Virus record (IMG/VR): IMGVR_UViG_3300027733_000032 | Direction: 5' to 3' (one strand) | Source of the DNA: a virus | DNA: 64,000 nucleotides | Shown: positions 8,699 to 21,400 of the stretch, in pieces | Position numbering within the stretch: position 1 is the first letter of the stretch | Layout of the letters: every line of letters begins with the position of its first letter | Translations under genes and position numbers: made by a program | The notes under the pieces: generated by a model | What the model saw: the letters and a program-made list of their open reading frames with translations, nothing else | Databases searched by the model: none | Told to the model about the DNA's origin: nothing

Positions 8699-10729
8699 AT
8701 GGCATGGAATAAGACAGAAACAAAATCACTCATCCCTGGTCCGACTAGGGCCATTCTTGGGCCTGGTGCTCCGATTGCACAAAACCCATCCTTTGAAGGC
8801 AAGGGATACCGTGACCCGTGGGACATTGAACGTGCCTACAAAGAGGGAATGCAGAAAGTTACTTGGGTTTCCCGTTGCATTGACGCAATTGCCGGGAATC
8901 AGGCACGCCTTCCAATTATTCTTCGTAAGAACAACTCTCCTGATGGCCAGATTGTAAGCAAGGGCAGGAGCGGGAAGTCAACAATATTAGACCTCTTAAA
9001 TACCAAGTCCAATATTGGTGAAAATTCATACATTTTTAGGTACAGAATGTCATCTCAGATTTTGCTGGGAACTCGTGGTGCCTTTATTGAAAAAGTGCGT
9101 GGGCGAGATGGTGGGATTATTGGACTAAACCTGCTCCCGCCGCAGCATACAAGCCCTATTCCCGACCCTAAAACTTTTGTTTCTGGATACGAAGTCCTTA
9201 TGCCGAATGGCGACAAGGTAATCATGAAACCTCAGGACGTATGCTGGATTCGTAGGCCACACCCAATTGACCCGTATCTTTCCTTGACTCCAATGGAATC
9301 TGCTGGTGTTGCCATTGAAATTGAAAACTTAGCCAAACTATATAACCGCAACTTCCTTCTCAATGACGGTAGACCCGGTGGGCTTCTTGTTCTTCGTGGA
9401 GAGATTGACGATGATGATAAAGAAGAATTGAGAAGTCGATTCAGAGGAAATATTGGACGAGTTGGCTCAACTACGGTAGTTAGTGCGGATGATGGCGTTG
9501 ATTTCGTGGATACCTCATCAAGCCCAAGAGATGCCGCCTATATCCAAATGCGTCAAATTACAAAAGAGGAAATTCTTGCCTCTTTCGGAGTCCCCGAATC
9601 AGTCATTGGCAACGCCTCTGGCAGAACTTTCAGCAATGCGAGTGAAGAAATCCGTGTTTTCTGGAATGAAACGATGGGGCCACACTTGGAAATTCTTGCC
9701 AGAGCACTCGACGAACTAGACGATGACCATTACGTCGATTTTGACACTTCGTCTGTCCCTGTTTTGATTATGGCCAAACAAGAGGTTGAGCGTTATAGCC
9801 TAGAAGAATTCAGAAGCGGAATGATAAGTCTAAACGAATATAGGACTGTGACTGGCAGGGAAAAAGTTGAGTCAGAACTGGCCGACAGCCTCCTAATGAA
9901 CCCCAACCTGACCCCAATCGGCAATACGGAAAAGCCCATGGCCCCACCACAGCAGGGTATGCCCATGCCGGGGGCACAGCCAGGAATGCCGCCGGGAATG
10001 CCGGGAATGCCACCAGAAGCAGCAGGAATGCCCCCAGGGGCGCCAGATGCAAATACGATGAGCGGTGCACTTGCCATGGAGCAAGCCGGGGGAATGGCCA
10101 CTCCAGGAGGCGCTCCTGCGATACCCCCAGAGATGACTGGAGGCCCTGCGGCTGCCGGTCCGGGAGCGTTCGGTCAAATGTCCATGAATCCTGCGGAAAT
10201 GCAGTTCAAAGAAGACATTAGTGAAGTTTCGCTCAATCGCTGGACCGAGATATTAGATAGAAGTCTCGAACGAGTTATGGAGCGTAGTCAGCGTGTTGTT
10301 TTAGAAAAATTGAGTGGTCAAAAATCAAAGAAATCCCTAGCCCAGGGTGTTCTTGACATAAATTCAATTCTTCAAACCGATGTTTGGACCAGACAGATGG
10401 ACGAGGACATTCGACCCGTTCTGTCTGCCATTATAAAAGACTCAAAAATCAATCATGCGGAGAAGTGGGCAATGTATACGCCCCCCACAAACGAAGAAAC
10501 TGCCGTAAACATAGATGCTCAAATGGGAAGAATAAAATCCCTTTATGATTCCTGCGTAGCAACACTTTCAGAATCTATATTCAACTCTTACGGGATAAGT
10601 AGTGATGATGAGCGGTATACCGCTTTACGGACGTCTGTTAATACCGTCTTTACGGACATGTTAGCCAACCAGCGTCCACGCATTGCTTCCTCAGAGGCAA
10701 AACGCGCATGGGAATTCTGCCGCCCATAA
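8699..10729 (+). CDS. portal protein (HK97 family) with a Pro/Met-rich linker and C-terminal extension
   Basis: VSRCIDAIA..ARLP, LLGTRGAF, GLSPM-like YLSLTPMESA, FLLNDGRPGG, ILASFGVPESVIG, SLNEYR. Confidence 0.92.
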   Translation: MAWNKTETKSLIPGPTRAILGPGAPIAQNPSFEGKGYRDPWDIERAYKEGMQKVTWVSRCIDAIAGNQARLPIILRKNNSPDGQIVSKGRSGKSTILDLLNTKSNIGENSYIFRYRMSSQILLGTRGAFIEKVRGRDGGIIGLNLLPPQHTSPIPDPKTFVSGYEVLMPNGDKVIMKPQDVCWIRRPHPIDPYLSLTPMESAGVAIEIENLAKLYNRNFLLNDGRPGGLLVLRGEIDDDDKEELRSRFRGNIGRVGSTTVVSADDGVDFVDTSSSPRDAAYIQMRQITKEEILASFGVPESVIGNASGRTFSNASEEIRVFWNETMGPHLEILARALDELDDDHYVDFDTSSVPVLIMAKQEVERYSLEEFRSGMISLNEYRTVTGREKVESELADSLLMNPNLTPIGNTEKPMAPPQQGMPMPGAQPGMPPGMPGMPPEAAGMPPGAPDANTMSGALAMEQAGGMATPGGAPAIPPEMTGGPAAAGPGAFGQMSMNPAEMQFKEDISEVSLNRWTEILDRSLERVMERSQRVVLEKLSGQKSKKSLAQGVLDINSILQTDVWTRQMDEDIRPVLSAIIKDSKINHAEKWAMYTPPTNEETAVNIDAQMGRIKSLYDSCVATLSESIFNSYGISSDDERYTALRTSVNTVFTDMLANQRPRIASSEAKRAWEFCRP

Positions 10730-10853
10730 ATAGTATACTGAAACTCAATACACTAATTTCAGTAAACTAGACATATTTCCAACATAGTTATCATTAGTTG
10801 CAGAATACTCACACCTACTGAAACTATCATTGTCAATAGACGCTAGGAGAGAT

Positions 10854-12314
10854 ATGTCGCAAAATACCACGTCAGATATCAATTTCAAGGCACTTAATGG
10901 GCAGTTCAATATTGATGAGGCCCAAGGAATCGTCGAATGTTTTGTTGCTGCTATTGGCAACAAGGACAGCGTAGGCGACGTAATTGTCTCGGGGGCGTTT
11001 AATGAAAGTCTCAAGCGTCGCAAGCCTCGCGTAGTTTGGGGACACAGTTGGAATGACCCCATCGGTAAGGTCATCGAGATTTACGAAGTACCCGCAAACG
11101 ACCCGCGACTGCCAGCAAAGATGAAGCAGGCCGGAGTTGGTGGAGTTTATGCACGCGTTCAGTTTAATCTCGCAACTGAAAAAGGAAGAGAAGCATTCTC
11201 TAGCGTTGCATTCTTTGGTCCAGAACAAGAATGGTCAATTGGCTACAAGACACTCAATGCCACTTTCGACCCAAATGTACAGGCTAACATTTTAAGAGAA
11301 GTCGAACTTTATGAAGTAAGTCCTGTTCTCCATGGTGCCAATCAGTTGACCGCCACCATCTCCGTAAAGAGCGAAGAGGGTGAAAAGTGTGGCGTTCCAA
11401 TGGGTATGCCAAATTCCCCTCATATGTACGGTGGTACCCCTGCCCCCTCTGCAATACCACGGATTGTCTCCGTTGATGCCAACAGGCTTTCTCCAATACG
11501 AGTCATTAGTGGAGTTGCCCAGCAGGCCCGACCCGACCATAGCAATAATTCACGTGAAGATATTTTTGGTGAAGGAGAGGCGAGAACACTTTCGGATGAA
11601 GCACGGAATATGCTTGCCATGGAATTAATGACGCGTTCCCGTGCGAATCTTGATGTTGTTTATGCAACAGAAAATTCCGTAGTATTCAACCGCGAGGTTG
11701 GGCAAGGAAACCACATTACATACCGTCTTTCGTATTACAGAGACCCGGATAGTGGCGAATATATGTTTGGCAAGCCCGAAAAAATGGGCAGTCATAGCGA
11801 TGACAGTAGAATTGCCTCGCCAACCGTAGTCCCATCACAGATGCCTTCGATGCCAATGATGGTCAAACCACAGGCCGTCAATCCGTACTCGATGAGCGGA
11901 ATGCCTTCTGCTGTTCCCCAGATGGGTAATTATGGAATGGAAAAGTCACTTGATTTTGGCGCAGATACAGCGGCAGATTTTGTTCTTTCAGGAATTCAAA
12001 ACGGCTCTATTTCTTCGTCTACCGGAAATGAAAAAATTGACGCAGTTATTGACATTCTCAAGGGAATGACCGGGAAGTCGGATAATCAGCAGGTATTTAC
12101 CATTGCGTGTGAACCACATGAGGCTTTCTATATTAAGTCAGCAATCGACCCGGTTCTCGAATACCACCGCCTTGATGTAGAAATCGACGAATACGGTATT
12201 CATGTCGTCAATGGGCTATCCACTGAATCAATTAGCGCATTAACCAAGGCCGCAGAATCTATCGAAACTATCACCACTAAGGCTGGTGGTTCAAAAAAAT
12301 ACAAGCGCCCTTAG
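10854..12314 (+). CDS. HK97-type prohead maturation protease with a long C-terminal extension
   Basis: GNKDSVGDVI..GAF, VWGH (His), WSIGY (Ser), LYEVSPV..GAN; AGGAG SD before ATG 10854 (track start is TTG 10830). Confidence 0.92.
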   Translation: MSQNTTSDINFKALNGQFNIDEAQGIVECFVAAIGNKDSVGDVIVSGAFNESLKRRKPRVVWGHSWNDPIGKVIEIYEVPANDPRLPAKMKQAGVGGVYARVQFNLATEKGREAFSSVAFFGPEQEWSIGYKTLNATFDPNVQANILREVELYEVSPVLHGANQLTATISVKSEEGEKCGVPMGMPNSPHMYGGTPAPSAIPRIVSVDANRLSPIRVISGVAQQARPDHSNNSREDIFGEGEARTLSDEARNMLAMELMTRSRANLDVVYATENSVVFNREVGQGNHITYRLSYYRDPDSGEYMFGKPEKMGSHSDDSRIASPTVVPSQMPSMPMMVKPQAVNPYSMSGMPSAVPQMGNYGMEKSLDFGADTAADFVLSGIQNGSISSSTGNEKIDAVIDILKGMTGKSDNQQVFTIACEPHEAFYIKSAIDPVLEYHRLDVEIDEYGIHVVNGLSTESISALTKAAESIETITTKAGGSKKYKRP

Positions 12315-12349
12315 TTTTCGGCCTTGGGTTAAGTCTCGAATCTAAGGGC
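12293..12349 (+). promoter_or_regulatory. putative -1 programmed ribosomal frameshift signal
   Basis: A_AAA_AAA at 12293-12299 in X_XXY_YYZ register; 7-nt spacer; stem gcccttag (12307-14) / ctaagggc (12342-49); -1 frame open from 12281 to 22699. Confidence 0.72.
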
Positions 12350-12406
12350 CTAGGGCCAAAAATTGGAACACGACTTAGTGGTGGGCTTCGTGCAGCACCG
12401 CCAGGA

Positions 12407-15400
12407 ATGTCATTTGTTGACATAACAGGAACCGTTGACGCAGATACAGACGGAATAGTGTTTGAAGGCAAGCCCGGTCTTGAACGACCCATAATCCCTA
12501 GATTCCTTGTACCTAAGAATCTTGCTCGCAAAATTTCTTCACTCACCGAAGGCGACGCCCTAGAAATAGAAAAGCAACGACGCAGTGGTGACGGCAATAT
12601 TTCCTTTGACGAAACAAAACTTCGCTCAATTATTGAAAAAATTGGCGGAGACGTCAACTCCTTGAAGCCCGTGGACGATACAGCCGAAACCGGCATGCGT
12701 AGTGCGAACGCCTCAGACGGCCCGGATTTCCAAGAACCACCGATTGCCGATGTACCAGAACAGTTTGATGGTTTCTGGACCCCAGACGAAGAACAATTGC
12801 GCGACCTAGATAAGCGTTCTGGTCGCAGGACACCTCCTCCTCCTCCTGCCAATATCGGGCAGAAGTATGTAATTTCACGGGATGATGATGGCGTTTATTT
12901 TGCGGAGAATATTTCAGCAGAAGATGTTTGGTCGCTTCGTTCCGGTGCATCAAAAGCGCCGAAGCGTCCTTTCTTTGCCCCACGTGGAGGCGGGAATAAG
13001 CCAGATAACGGCGAAGGTTATTACTTCTCTACAAACGGAAAACGCTATTGGGGCAAGTATGGCGCAGCGGGAGCGTTGGTCCGTCGTAAAAATTCAGACG
13101 GAGAATACGAATATTTTCTAGCGAGACGCGCTGATGGTATGTCGGTCGGTGGTGGCAAGTGGTCATTCCCTGGTGGGGCACACAAAGATAAAGAAAATTC
13201 AAAACTTCCAGGTGCTACTGCGATTGAAGAATTTGGCGAAGAGGTTGGTGGAGATATCTCTACACTCAAACCAATTCACACCTACACAGACCAGGTTGCC
13301 CCTGACTGGAAATACGACACTTACGTGTTTGAGGTTGGGCCGGATGAACTGAATGACTTACGGTCGATGGACGGCGAAAGCACTGATACGGGTTGGTTTA
13401 CGGCATCTGACATTATACAAATGGCAGAAGACGACAAACTTCTAGAGTCATTCAAACGTTCAGCAAAAGAAGTATTTGCTCTTTCTGGAGATGAAGTCAA
13501 GGGCAATAAAACTACAAGAAAAATTAAAAAAACATTGAAGAAAATTAGTGGCGAAAAAGTTACTTCTTGGCAAGAAAAGATAAAAAAATACGAACCAATT
13601 GAACCAGAAGATTATTTTGATATCAATAATGAAATGCAGTCTGATTTTGGTATTTCTATTGGCCAAGTGATGCAGGATGAATACGATGAAGGCGCATCTA
13701 TTAAGGAGATTGCGGAAAACTGGGGAATTTCAGCCCATGAAGTTGAAAAATTGCTTAGTGAAAATAAAAAGGGCGGAATGTCATCAACTTCCGTCGGACA
13801 AATCATGCAGGATGAATACGACGAGGGTGCGTCAATAAAAGAAATTGCAGAAAATTGGGATATAACGACTCAAGAAGTTGAAGATTTTATGAGTCGACCA
13901 CCTTCTGTCGGGATGTCATCTGCCAAAACGAATAGAGATTCACGAGGGCGCGACGCAACGCCAGCAAAAAAGAAAAAATTAGACTCCGTTATAGATTTTG
14001 TTATAGACAAAATTAGTCCAGTCACAGTAATCCAAGCATATATAGATTTTTCTGATAGACGACAGGAAAAAAAGAATCCAAGCCTTACGGCTGAACGTCT
14101 TGCAAGAGAAGAAAAAATGAAGTCAGGAGTCGATAAAGCAGGCAAATCAGGCATATCTATTGCTACAAAAATGGCATTACCAGAGTACAAGACGCTTATG
14201 GAGAAAGTTTCCCTAAATGGGGAGACTGTTCTGGCAAGTACATCAGCAAGAACTGCCGAAGTTCAAAAACTTATCGACAATTTGGCATCAAAAGTTGATG
14301 GTGATTTGGATGGAATGGATTTCTCCAAAGGAAACTTCTCTGGCATTGATTTTAAAAATTACTCATTACGTAACGCAAGTTTCTTTGGCTCCACTCTTGA
14401 TAAATCTAATTTTTCTGGATGCATTATTGACAGCGCCACTTTTGAAGATGCTTCTTTAATTGATGCAAATTTAAGCAAGATAAGTCAAGCATGGCGCATC
14501 GATTTCTCGGGAGCGAATCTAACAAATGCAGATTTAACCAAACTCAATATGCACTCCGCTCTATTGAACGAAACAAACCTTGAAGGGGCAAAACTTGATG
14601 GAGTAAATCTAATCATGGCTGACATTAGGGATATGGATTTCTCTAACGCTCGAAGCATGAGGGGTGTCTTGCTAGAAGAAGTACAGGGAGAAGGTGCAAA
14701 CTTTGGTGGTCTCGATATGACCAACTCATCCTTTGTCTCCGCAAACTTGACAAACACTAATTTTAGTAATGCAAATTTAACTCGTTCAGATTTAAGAAAC
14801 GCAAAACTGGATAAGGCTGATTTTAGTGGCGCAAACATGGAGGGTATTGAACTAGAAAAACCAGGTTTATCTCCATCCAGCATGAAAGAAACAAAATTTG
14901 ACAATATGCCGACCAAGGGCGAAGAGGGCACCCCTTCGGGTATGAGTTCCCTTACGCGTCCCTATCGTGATACCAGTGATGAAGAGTTAAAGGCCCTGTA
15001 CGAAAAATATTTACGTTACCTAGGCGGCCCTGGGGACAAGGGTGACAGCGATTTTACATACATGCGACGGTCAAAAGAATATGACAAAATTAAGAAAGAA
15101 ATTGCTCGGCGTGAGAAAGATGGCAAAAAACCAAGCAAGGGAATGAGTTCTGAAACAAAGTTGCCAGGAAATAAAGAAATGCCAGGATTACCAGATGATG
15201 AATTAACATCAAAACTTGATGACAATGTAAATTCGCTCAATGAACTGGAAACTCTTCTTGACGATGGAGAAATTGACCTCGCCGAGTACAGAAAGCGTCA
15301 AATCCCATTACGTAAAGAAGCGGCAGAATTGGGCGCAGAGAAAAAACGTCGGTCTGGTGAAAAGCCAAAAACTGGTGAAACTGGCACTCTAAAAAGAGAA

Positions 15401-18400
15401 AAAGTCATAGACCGTGGCGATGGGATGATTAAGCGCGACGAACGCGGAAATCCATCTGAATGGAATGGGCAGAAATTCTTAGACGGAGAAGCAGGAAAAC
15501 GCAGACAGGCGATTCTTGAACTTGGCTTCACCGAGCAAGAAGCAGACACTCTTCTTGGCCAGCGACCAAGTCCGCAAAAATCCGGCATGGGAAGTCGCAG
15601 CAGCGCCAAGACTAAGCCTACATTTTCACTCACTCCATTGAACTTGTTCATCAAGCGCGAGACAACGCGAACAAAAGGACCGGTCCCAGAGTTGAGCGGA
15701 TGGTCAGACAGAGAATTGGCCGATTCTCTCTCAATGTACGATATTCGCGCACCACGTGCGTGGGACGAAGAACGTGGTTCATTCATTCCTTCATGGTTCC
15801 CTTCGAAAGACTCTCTAGTTCGTGAATTTGATAGTCGTGGTTACAACGTATTTCTTGGTACGTCTGGTTCAAGACAATACAACGATTTAATGTTCTCTGT
15901 TCTGGCGAAAGATAATGCCATCCCGCAAGAAATGCGCAGGAGAATATGGAAGCCGTCAGGATTGCTTACGAAGGCAGTACGTGATGGTGAAGAAGAAACG
16001 GGTCAAGTTTTCCCATTGAAGTCAAGGATGAAGAATTGGGAGTTTGCGGCGCAAGCGGCAGATATGACTGATGTAGAAGTTCGCTCACTAGATGTCGAGT
16101 TCGACAATGAACGAGCAAATAAACTCGCCGACGTACGGTCGGGAATAATCTCCAAGGAGCAGTTTAATAAATGGTACGAGGGAGAACTCACGCCGCTTAG
16201 ACGTGCGCTTTCTGCAGAACTTACACGTCGTTCGTTAAGGAAGGCCGTAGATGGAAAACAGACAATAGAATCTGTTTTTGGTACCGGACTAACACCAAGA
16301 GAATATGCATTCCTATCAAAGGACCCATTGTTATTTACTCGGGCAGCGGGAATGATGTCGCGCAATGGTGGTTCAACTATCGACAAGATGGTTAAAAATG
16401 GAGAAATTACTCAAGAAGACCTTGAGTTCATACAGCAATACCATGACCTATCTGACAGACTAAGCGTTGATTTGTATGACGAGTTAACGAATTTATTTGG
16501 CTCAAATCCGGATGACGTTGATTGGGATTCGCTTGATATCGATACTAAGTCAAAGTCGCGAGATATTCACGCTAAGTGGATGAGAAAATATTCTGCATCA
16601 TTATCTCAATTGGGCGACGGTCAAAAAAGAAGTCGCAATGAACTTGCGAATATGGGCTTTGACGATGGGGAAATCGACGACATAATGACCGGAAGCATGT
16701 CTTCTGGTGGCATGTCTTCCAAGCGTAAATCAAACAAAAAAATTACGTCAAAATGGTCTGAAGAAGACAGGCGTGCATTTACTGAACAAAACCTTCGTTC
16801 CAAGAAAGTACCGAAGAAGAAAAAGAAAGGTCCAGTAGCCAACGAATGGACCGAACGTCGCGCTGGAAGAGAAATTAAGTCAACGACGCGAGCAAGTGAT
16901 TCTACTTATGGCGATTCTGCAAAAACAGCATCGTATTACGAGTCTCTCGCAAATCAATATTTTTCTGGAATTGCTGAATATGTTGGCGAAGACACTCGAA
17001 TAGTAAACAGTAATTACAACCCAAATATACCTACCATGGATGAGCCGTTTGCATCAATCCGAACGTCGACAGTTGGCTCACTCAAGGATGGGGACTTCCT
17101 TCCTGACGGATTTGATGCTCCAAGCATGTTTTCTACTCCTACGAATCCACGTTACAAAGTTGTCTATGTGAGCAAAGACAAAGATGGGCAGATTGTATTC
17201 GGAGCACGCGATTTACAGACTGGTGAATTGCTCGTAAAGAAAATGGGCGTAAATGAAATTCTTCCAAATGTCATGCGTCAATCTACCAATAAGCGATTTG
17301 GTGGAATGTCCAGTTCTAGGAAAGTTGGAGATGTAAAACTTCACGCCAAGTTGGCCGACCAATTTAAATTCGAACAATTTGATGAAATTGAGAAAGACCT
17401 GAATGGTTTTATTGACGAAATAAATTCAATCAATGAACAACTTAATATTATTTGGAAAAATGGCCAGCGCCGCACAGACGCTGGACTGCCAGATTCTGAC
17501 TTTGACGAAAAACGCTATGGCGAACTAGAAGATATGCGTTCGAGCCTAGAAGATACAGTCGGAGAATATGTAAAATTCGCCGAATTTGTTGCTCAAGAAA
17601 ATATTATGCGTCGCCGCAATAAGGCTGCAGTAAAACTTGCAAAAGAAAAAGTTCAAAATGCACTAAAAAAACAAGAGTCTCCAAGCGGCAATCCATTTGA
17701 GATGAACGATATTGATACTCGTAGGCTTTTTGAACTTGGAGTGACAGAAGCAGACGTTGCTGACATATTGGATTCATTCGACATTGATGACCGAGAGATG
17801 GAAAGAGTATTTACTGCTGGTCGACCACCATTTACTGGGACAAAATTTGCTAAGCAAATTTCCAGCATTATAGATAGTCGCTCTTCACTAGATGGTCCTG
17901 AATTTGAAGAATTTGACCCAGAAGACGAAGACGAACAAAGAGAGATTTCAAAACTTGCAAGAAGAATGATTAATTCTGCGGCAGACGATTCTGCTCGTCG
18001 TTCCAAAATCACCGACCGCTCAAAGACGATGATTGATGTTGGCGTATCCTCTTCGTCTTCTGGCGGCATGTCAAGCAAGACACCAATGGGTAAAGGGCTT
18101 GGCACCAGTAAGGTCCTCTACCCAACGCGACCAAATAAATTTATCGCAAAAGATGTTTCGTTTGTATTTTACGATGCCAATCGCGAAGAGTTGTCTGTTG
18201 GCTACAAAGATAAAAAGAAATATGTTTTTGGTGGCATTACTCCAGAAATGGTCAACGACATTGAGAATGGCAAAAATTCACTAATCGCTTCACTCAATGC
18301 CGTCAAGAAAGATGCGCGCTACACAATCAACCCAGATGGCACGGTCATGGGCTCGCCCCCGAATACCCTCAAGTTACTGAATCGCGACAAGGACAGACTT

Positions 18401-21400
18401 GAGTTAATTGGCGATGACCTCGAAGTCGTTGAGTCTGTTATTGACGGCCTAAAGAATGGCCAAAACGACATGACGCGCAAAATGCGCAGCGATAGAAGAA
18501 ATCAAGCCATGTCAATGGCATCTGGATTGGCTAAAAATAATGAATACGCAATGGCTTTCAATATCATGGACGCACTTGATGAGATAGATACGCGCACTAA
18601 TGGCGCTGGGTATATGCCCAATGGAATGCGCTCGTACGCGGCAACAATACATCCAAGAGTTCAAGTTGGTCTATCACAGGATGAAGTTGGCGAAATCCGT
18701 GATGAAATACGCGCGATAATGCGTAAACATAACGGGAATTTCTTTATCAAGGATGGCCTATCCAAGTACGACGGCAATCTTGCTGCTGCACAAAAGAAAG
18801 AAGGACGTGCTCAACTAGTACTCCTTTTGCCTGAATATAACGCCATCATGAATTCCTATGAAGAATTAGCGAAAATTGACCCAGACTGGACTTCTGTTGT
18901 CGGGCCACATCCGGTGGAACTTGCTGGTGTTAGCAAGGACGGACGATTCGACACGGAGAAATTCAAGCAGACTGGAGATTTTGCCGGAAAACTCATCAAC
19001 AATGGAGCACCTAGTGAAATCACTGTTGCTGAACAGCGCGAATTGATTAATTGGGCAAGACGTCAACCCGGTTTCAGAATTGTTCAAAGTATTGCCTCTT
19101 CATATGATGAAAAAAATGGCGCACTTACCGCGAATCAGTGGCGCACGCTCCGTTCACTTCATAGTAACTATGGCAAGAATCAATACAACAGAGGCGGCTT
19201 AGAATCTAGAAGAAACTCTATTGGTATGCGTTCAACCAGTAGTACCGATGGACCCATGCCCATGAATGCGGTTTCCGGAAATACCATGGGGAATTTTGTT
19301 CCCTATGGCGGACCAACCGAAGGTGGCTCACGCAACGCCGAAGTTATTCCCAATGTAGACATCAAAGGCAAATCAGTAGAGCAGGTGGTTCCAGAAGGAA
19401 TCAGCGATGAAGAAGCATTGGCACTCATAGAGAGTATCGGTGCATATCACCCCAAGGCGAACCCTGATGGAATCAAGGGACGAGAGTATGTCGAGCGTAG
19501 AACGCGCTTGCTGGATTCAATCGCAGAAACACGCAGAATCACCGAGCGACGAGCAGCACTTGAGCGCGCTCAGCAAAGTGGCCAAATAGGCGACGACGTC
19601 AACCTGCCAAGTCATTTAGAGTTTTGGCCATTGGTTTCAGAAGACACTAAGTCCAGGTTGAATACGGCTGCGCAAAACAAATATGGCGCTCAATTCATAG
19701 ACCTAGAACCATACCAAATGGAAGATGTATTGGTTTTTGAAACAGGCGCATCTGGCTACTACTCCGCTGGGACTTTTAAGCAAATTAAAAAGCGACCAAA
19801 CGCCATTGATATGGAGGACTGGGAACGCTTGCTCCTTCCAGTTCATCAGCGTGTCAGCGAAATAGATGAAGAAGAAAAAATAAAGCGCGAGGCTGCTCGA
19901 CTTGAAGCCGATAATAGTCCATCGCTCGAAGACATGTTAGACGACCCCAATATTGCCCCAGAACGCAAAGCCCGAATTGAAGGCATCCTTGCAATGCGGC
20001 GCGAGTCGGAGCGAAAGTGGAAAGAGTCTGCACAAACCTCTTCGGCAAAACGCAGAAGTGCTGCAAAGAAGGAAATAAAACTTCAAAAATATGAAACCAT
20101 TGATGATGTTGGGCGAGACTCAGTTAAAAATATTGAGACAATGGCCAAGGCTAAGTATGGGTCTAAGTTTGACTCCCTCACTCCCGTACAACAAAAAGAT
20201 GTACTTGACTCTTACGCCAAGGAAAGATTTGGCGTTGAGCATTACAGGAACATTGAACAGTCAGTCCAGAAGGCGCAGTCAATGGCCGAACGTTTCTCTC
20301 AACAAGAAAGAATTGACGGAGAACACCTAGCGGCATGGGATTCAATTACTGATTTCTTCAACTCATCAGAGCAACCTTCATTCACTGGCGAAAAAATAGA
20401 TTCTTTACGTGAACTACTAGACAATTATCCAATTGAAAATGAAAATTCAACCGATGCCGAATTATTGTTGAGTAATAAGATTGAAGATATTTCTTCACTT
20501 ATTGACGAAATGGAAATGTCTTATGATGACGAAAACATAACCATACCTACTGGCCGTACCGGTGGAATGGCTTCAAGCAAAAAATTCACTCCGCGTGGGG
20601 TGGAGGTTGAGCGAGATGAATCATCTTCACGTATTGGTGGCATGTCATCTCTATTTAACAGAAATAAGCCAGACAAAACAGAAACAGATACTGGCACGGT
20701 GAAGGCTCCAGATAAGCCTTCAAAGCCGGAACGCAAGAAGCCAATTGTTACAGATGGATGGAAAAAAGTTGGCGGTCAAGGCGGCTCTAATCCGGGCGGA
20801 TTTTTTGAAGATGAGAATGGCGTTCGCCATTACGTAAAGACGCCACGAAGTCTCTCTCATATTGAAAGTGAAGTGCTCGCGGCAGAACTATACAAGATGC
20901 TCGGTCTCGGGGTTCCGCAAATTTCCCAAGGCTCGTATCAAGGTAAGCCCAATGTCGTATCAACACTTATTAGCGAACCAAGCAGACCCATCACTGGGGC
21001 TATGGGTGACGGTAGTAAGCAATGGCAAGCAAAAGTCATTGAAGGATTTGTGGCAGACGCATGGCTCGCCAACTGGGATGCCGTACTTAATGACAATGTT
21101 CGTGCTGACAAAAACGGAAACCCTATTCGTGTTGATAATGGTGGCTCCATGAAGTGGAGAGCGCAAGGCGGCCCGAAGGGTGCAGCATGGGGGAATACTG
21201 TTGGTGAAATTGACTCACTAAGAGGACAAAGCCCTGCTGCTCCTGTGTATAGGCAGATAACTGACCAGCAAATCAAGGACCAAGTTGCAAAACTGGAAGC
21301 AATTTCTCCGGACACAATCAAAGCGACTGTGGCTTCAATCGTGTCCGACCCCGCCGAAGCAAAAGAATTAACAGACACGCTGTTGGCAAGAAGGCAAGAC

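Noticed and set aside
10745-11074. Minus-strand ORF between portal and protease
   Set aside because: Overlaps the protease start on the opposite strand, with no recognisable motif
14320-14880. CRISPR array or DNA tandem repeat
   Set aside because: The repetition is protein-level pentapeptide periodicity; no identical DNA repeats with spacers were seen anywhere in the window
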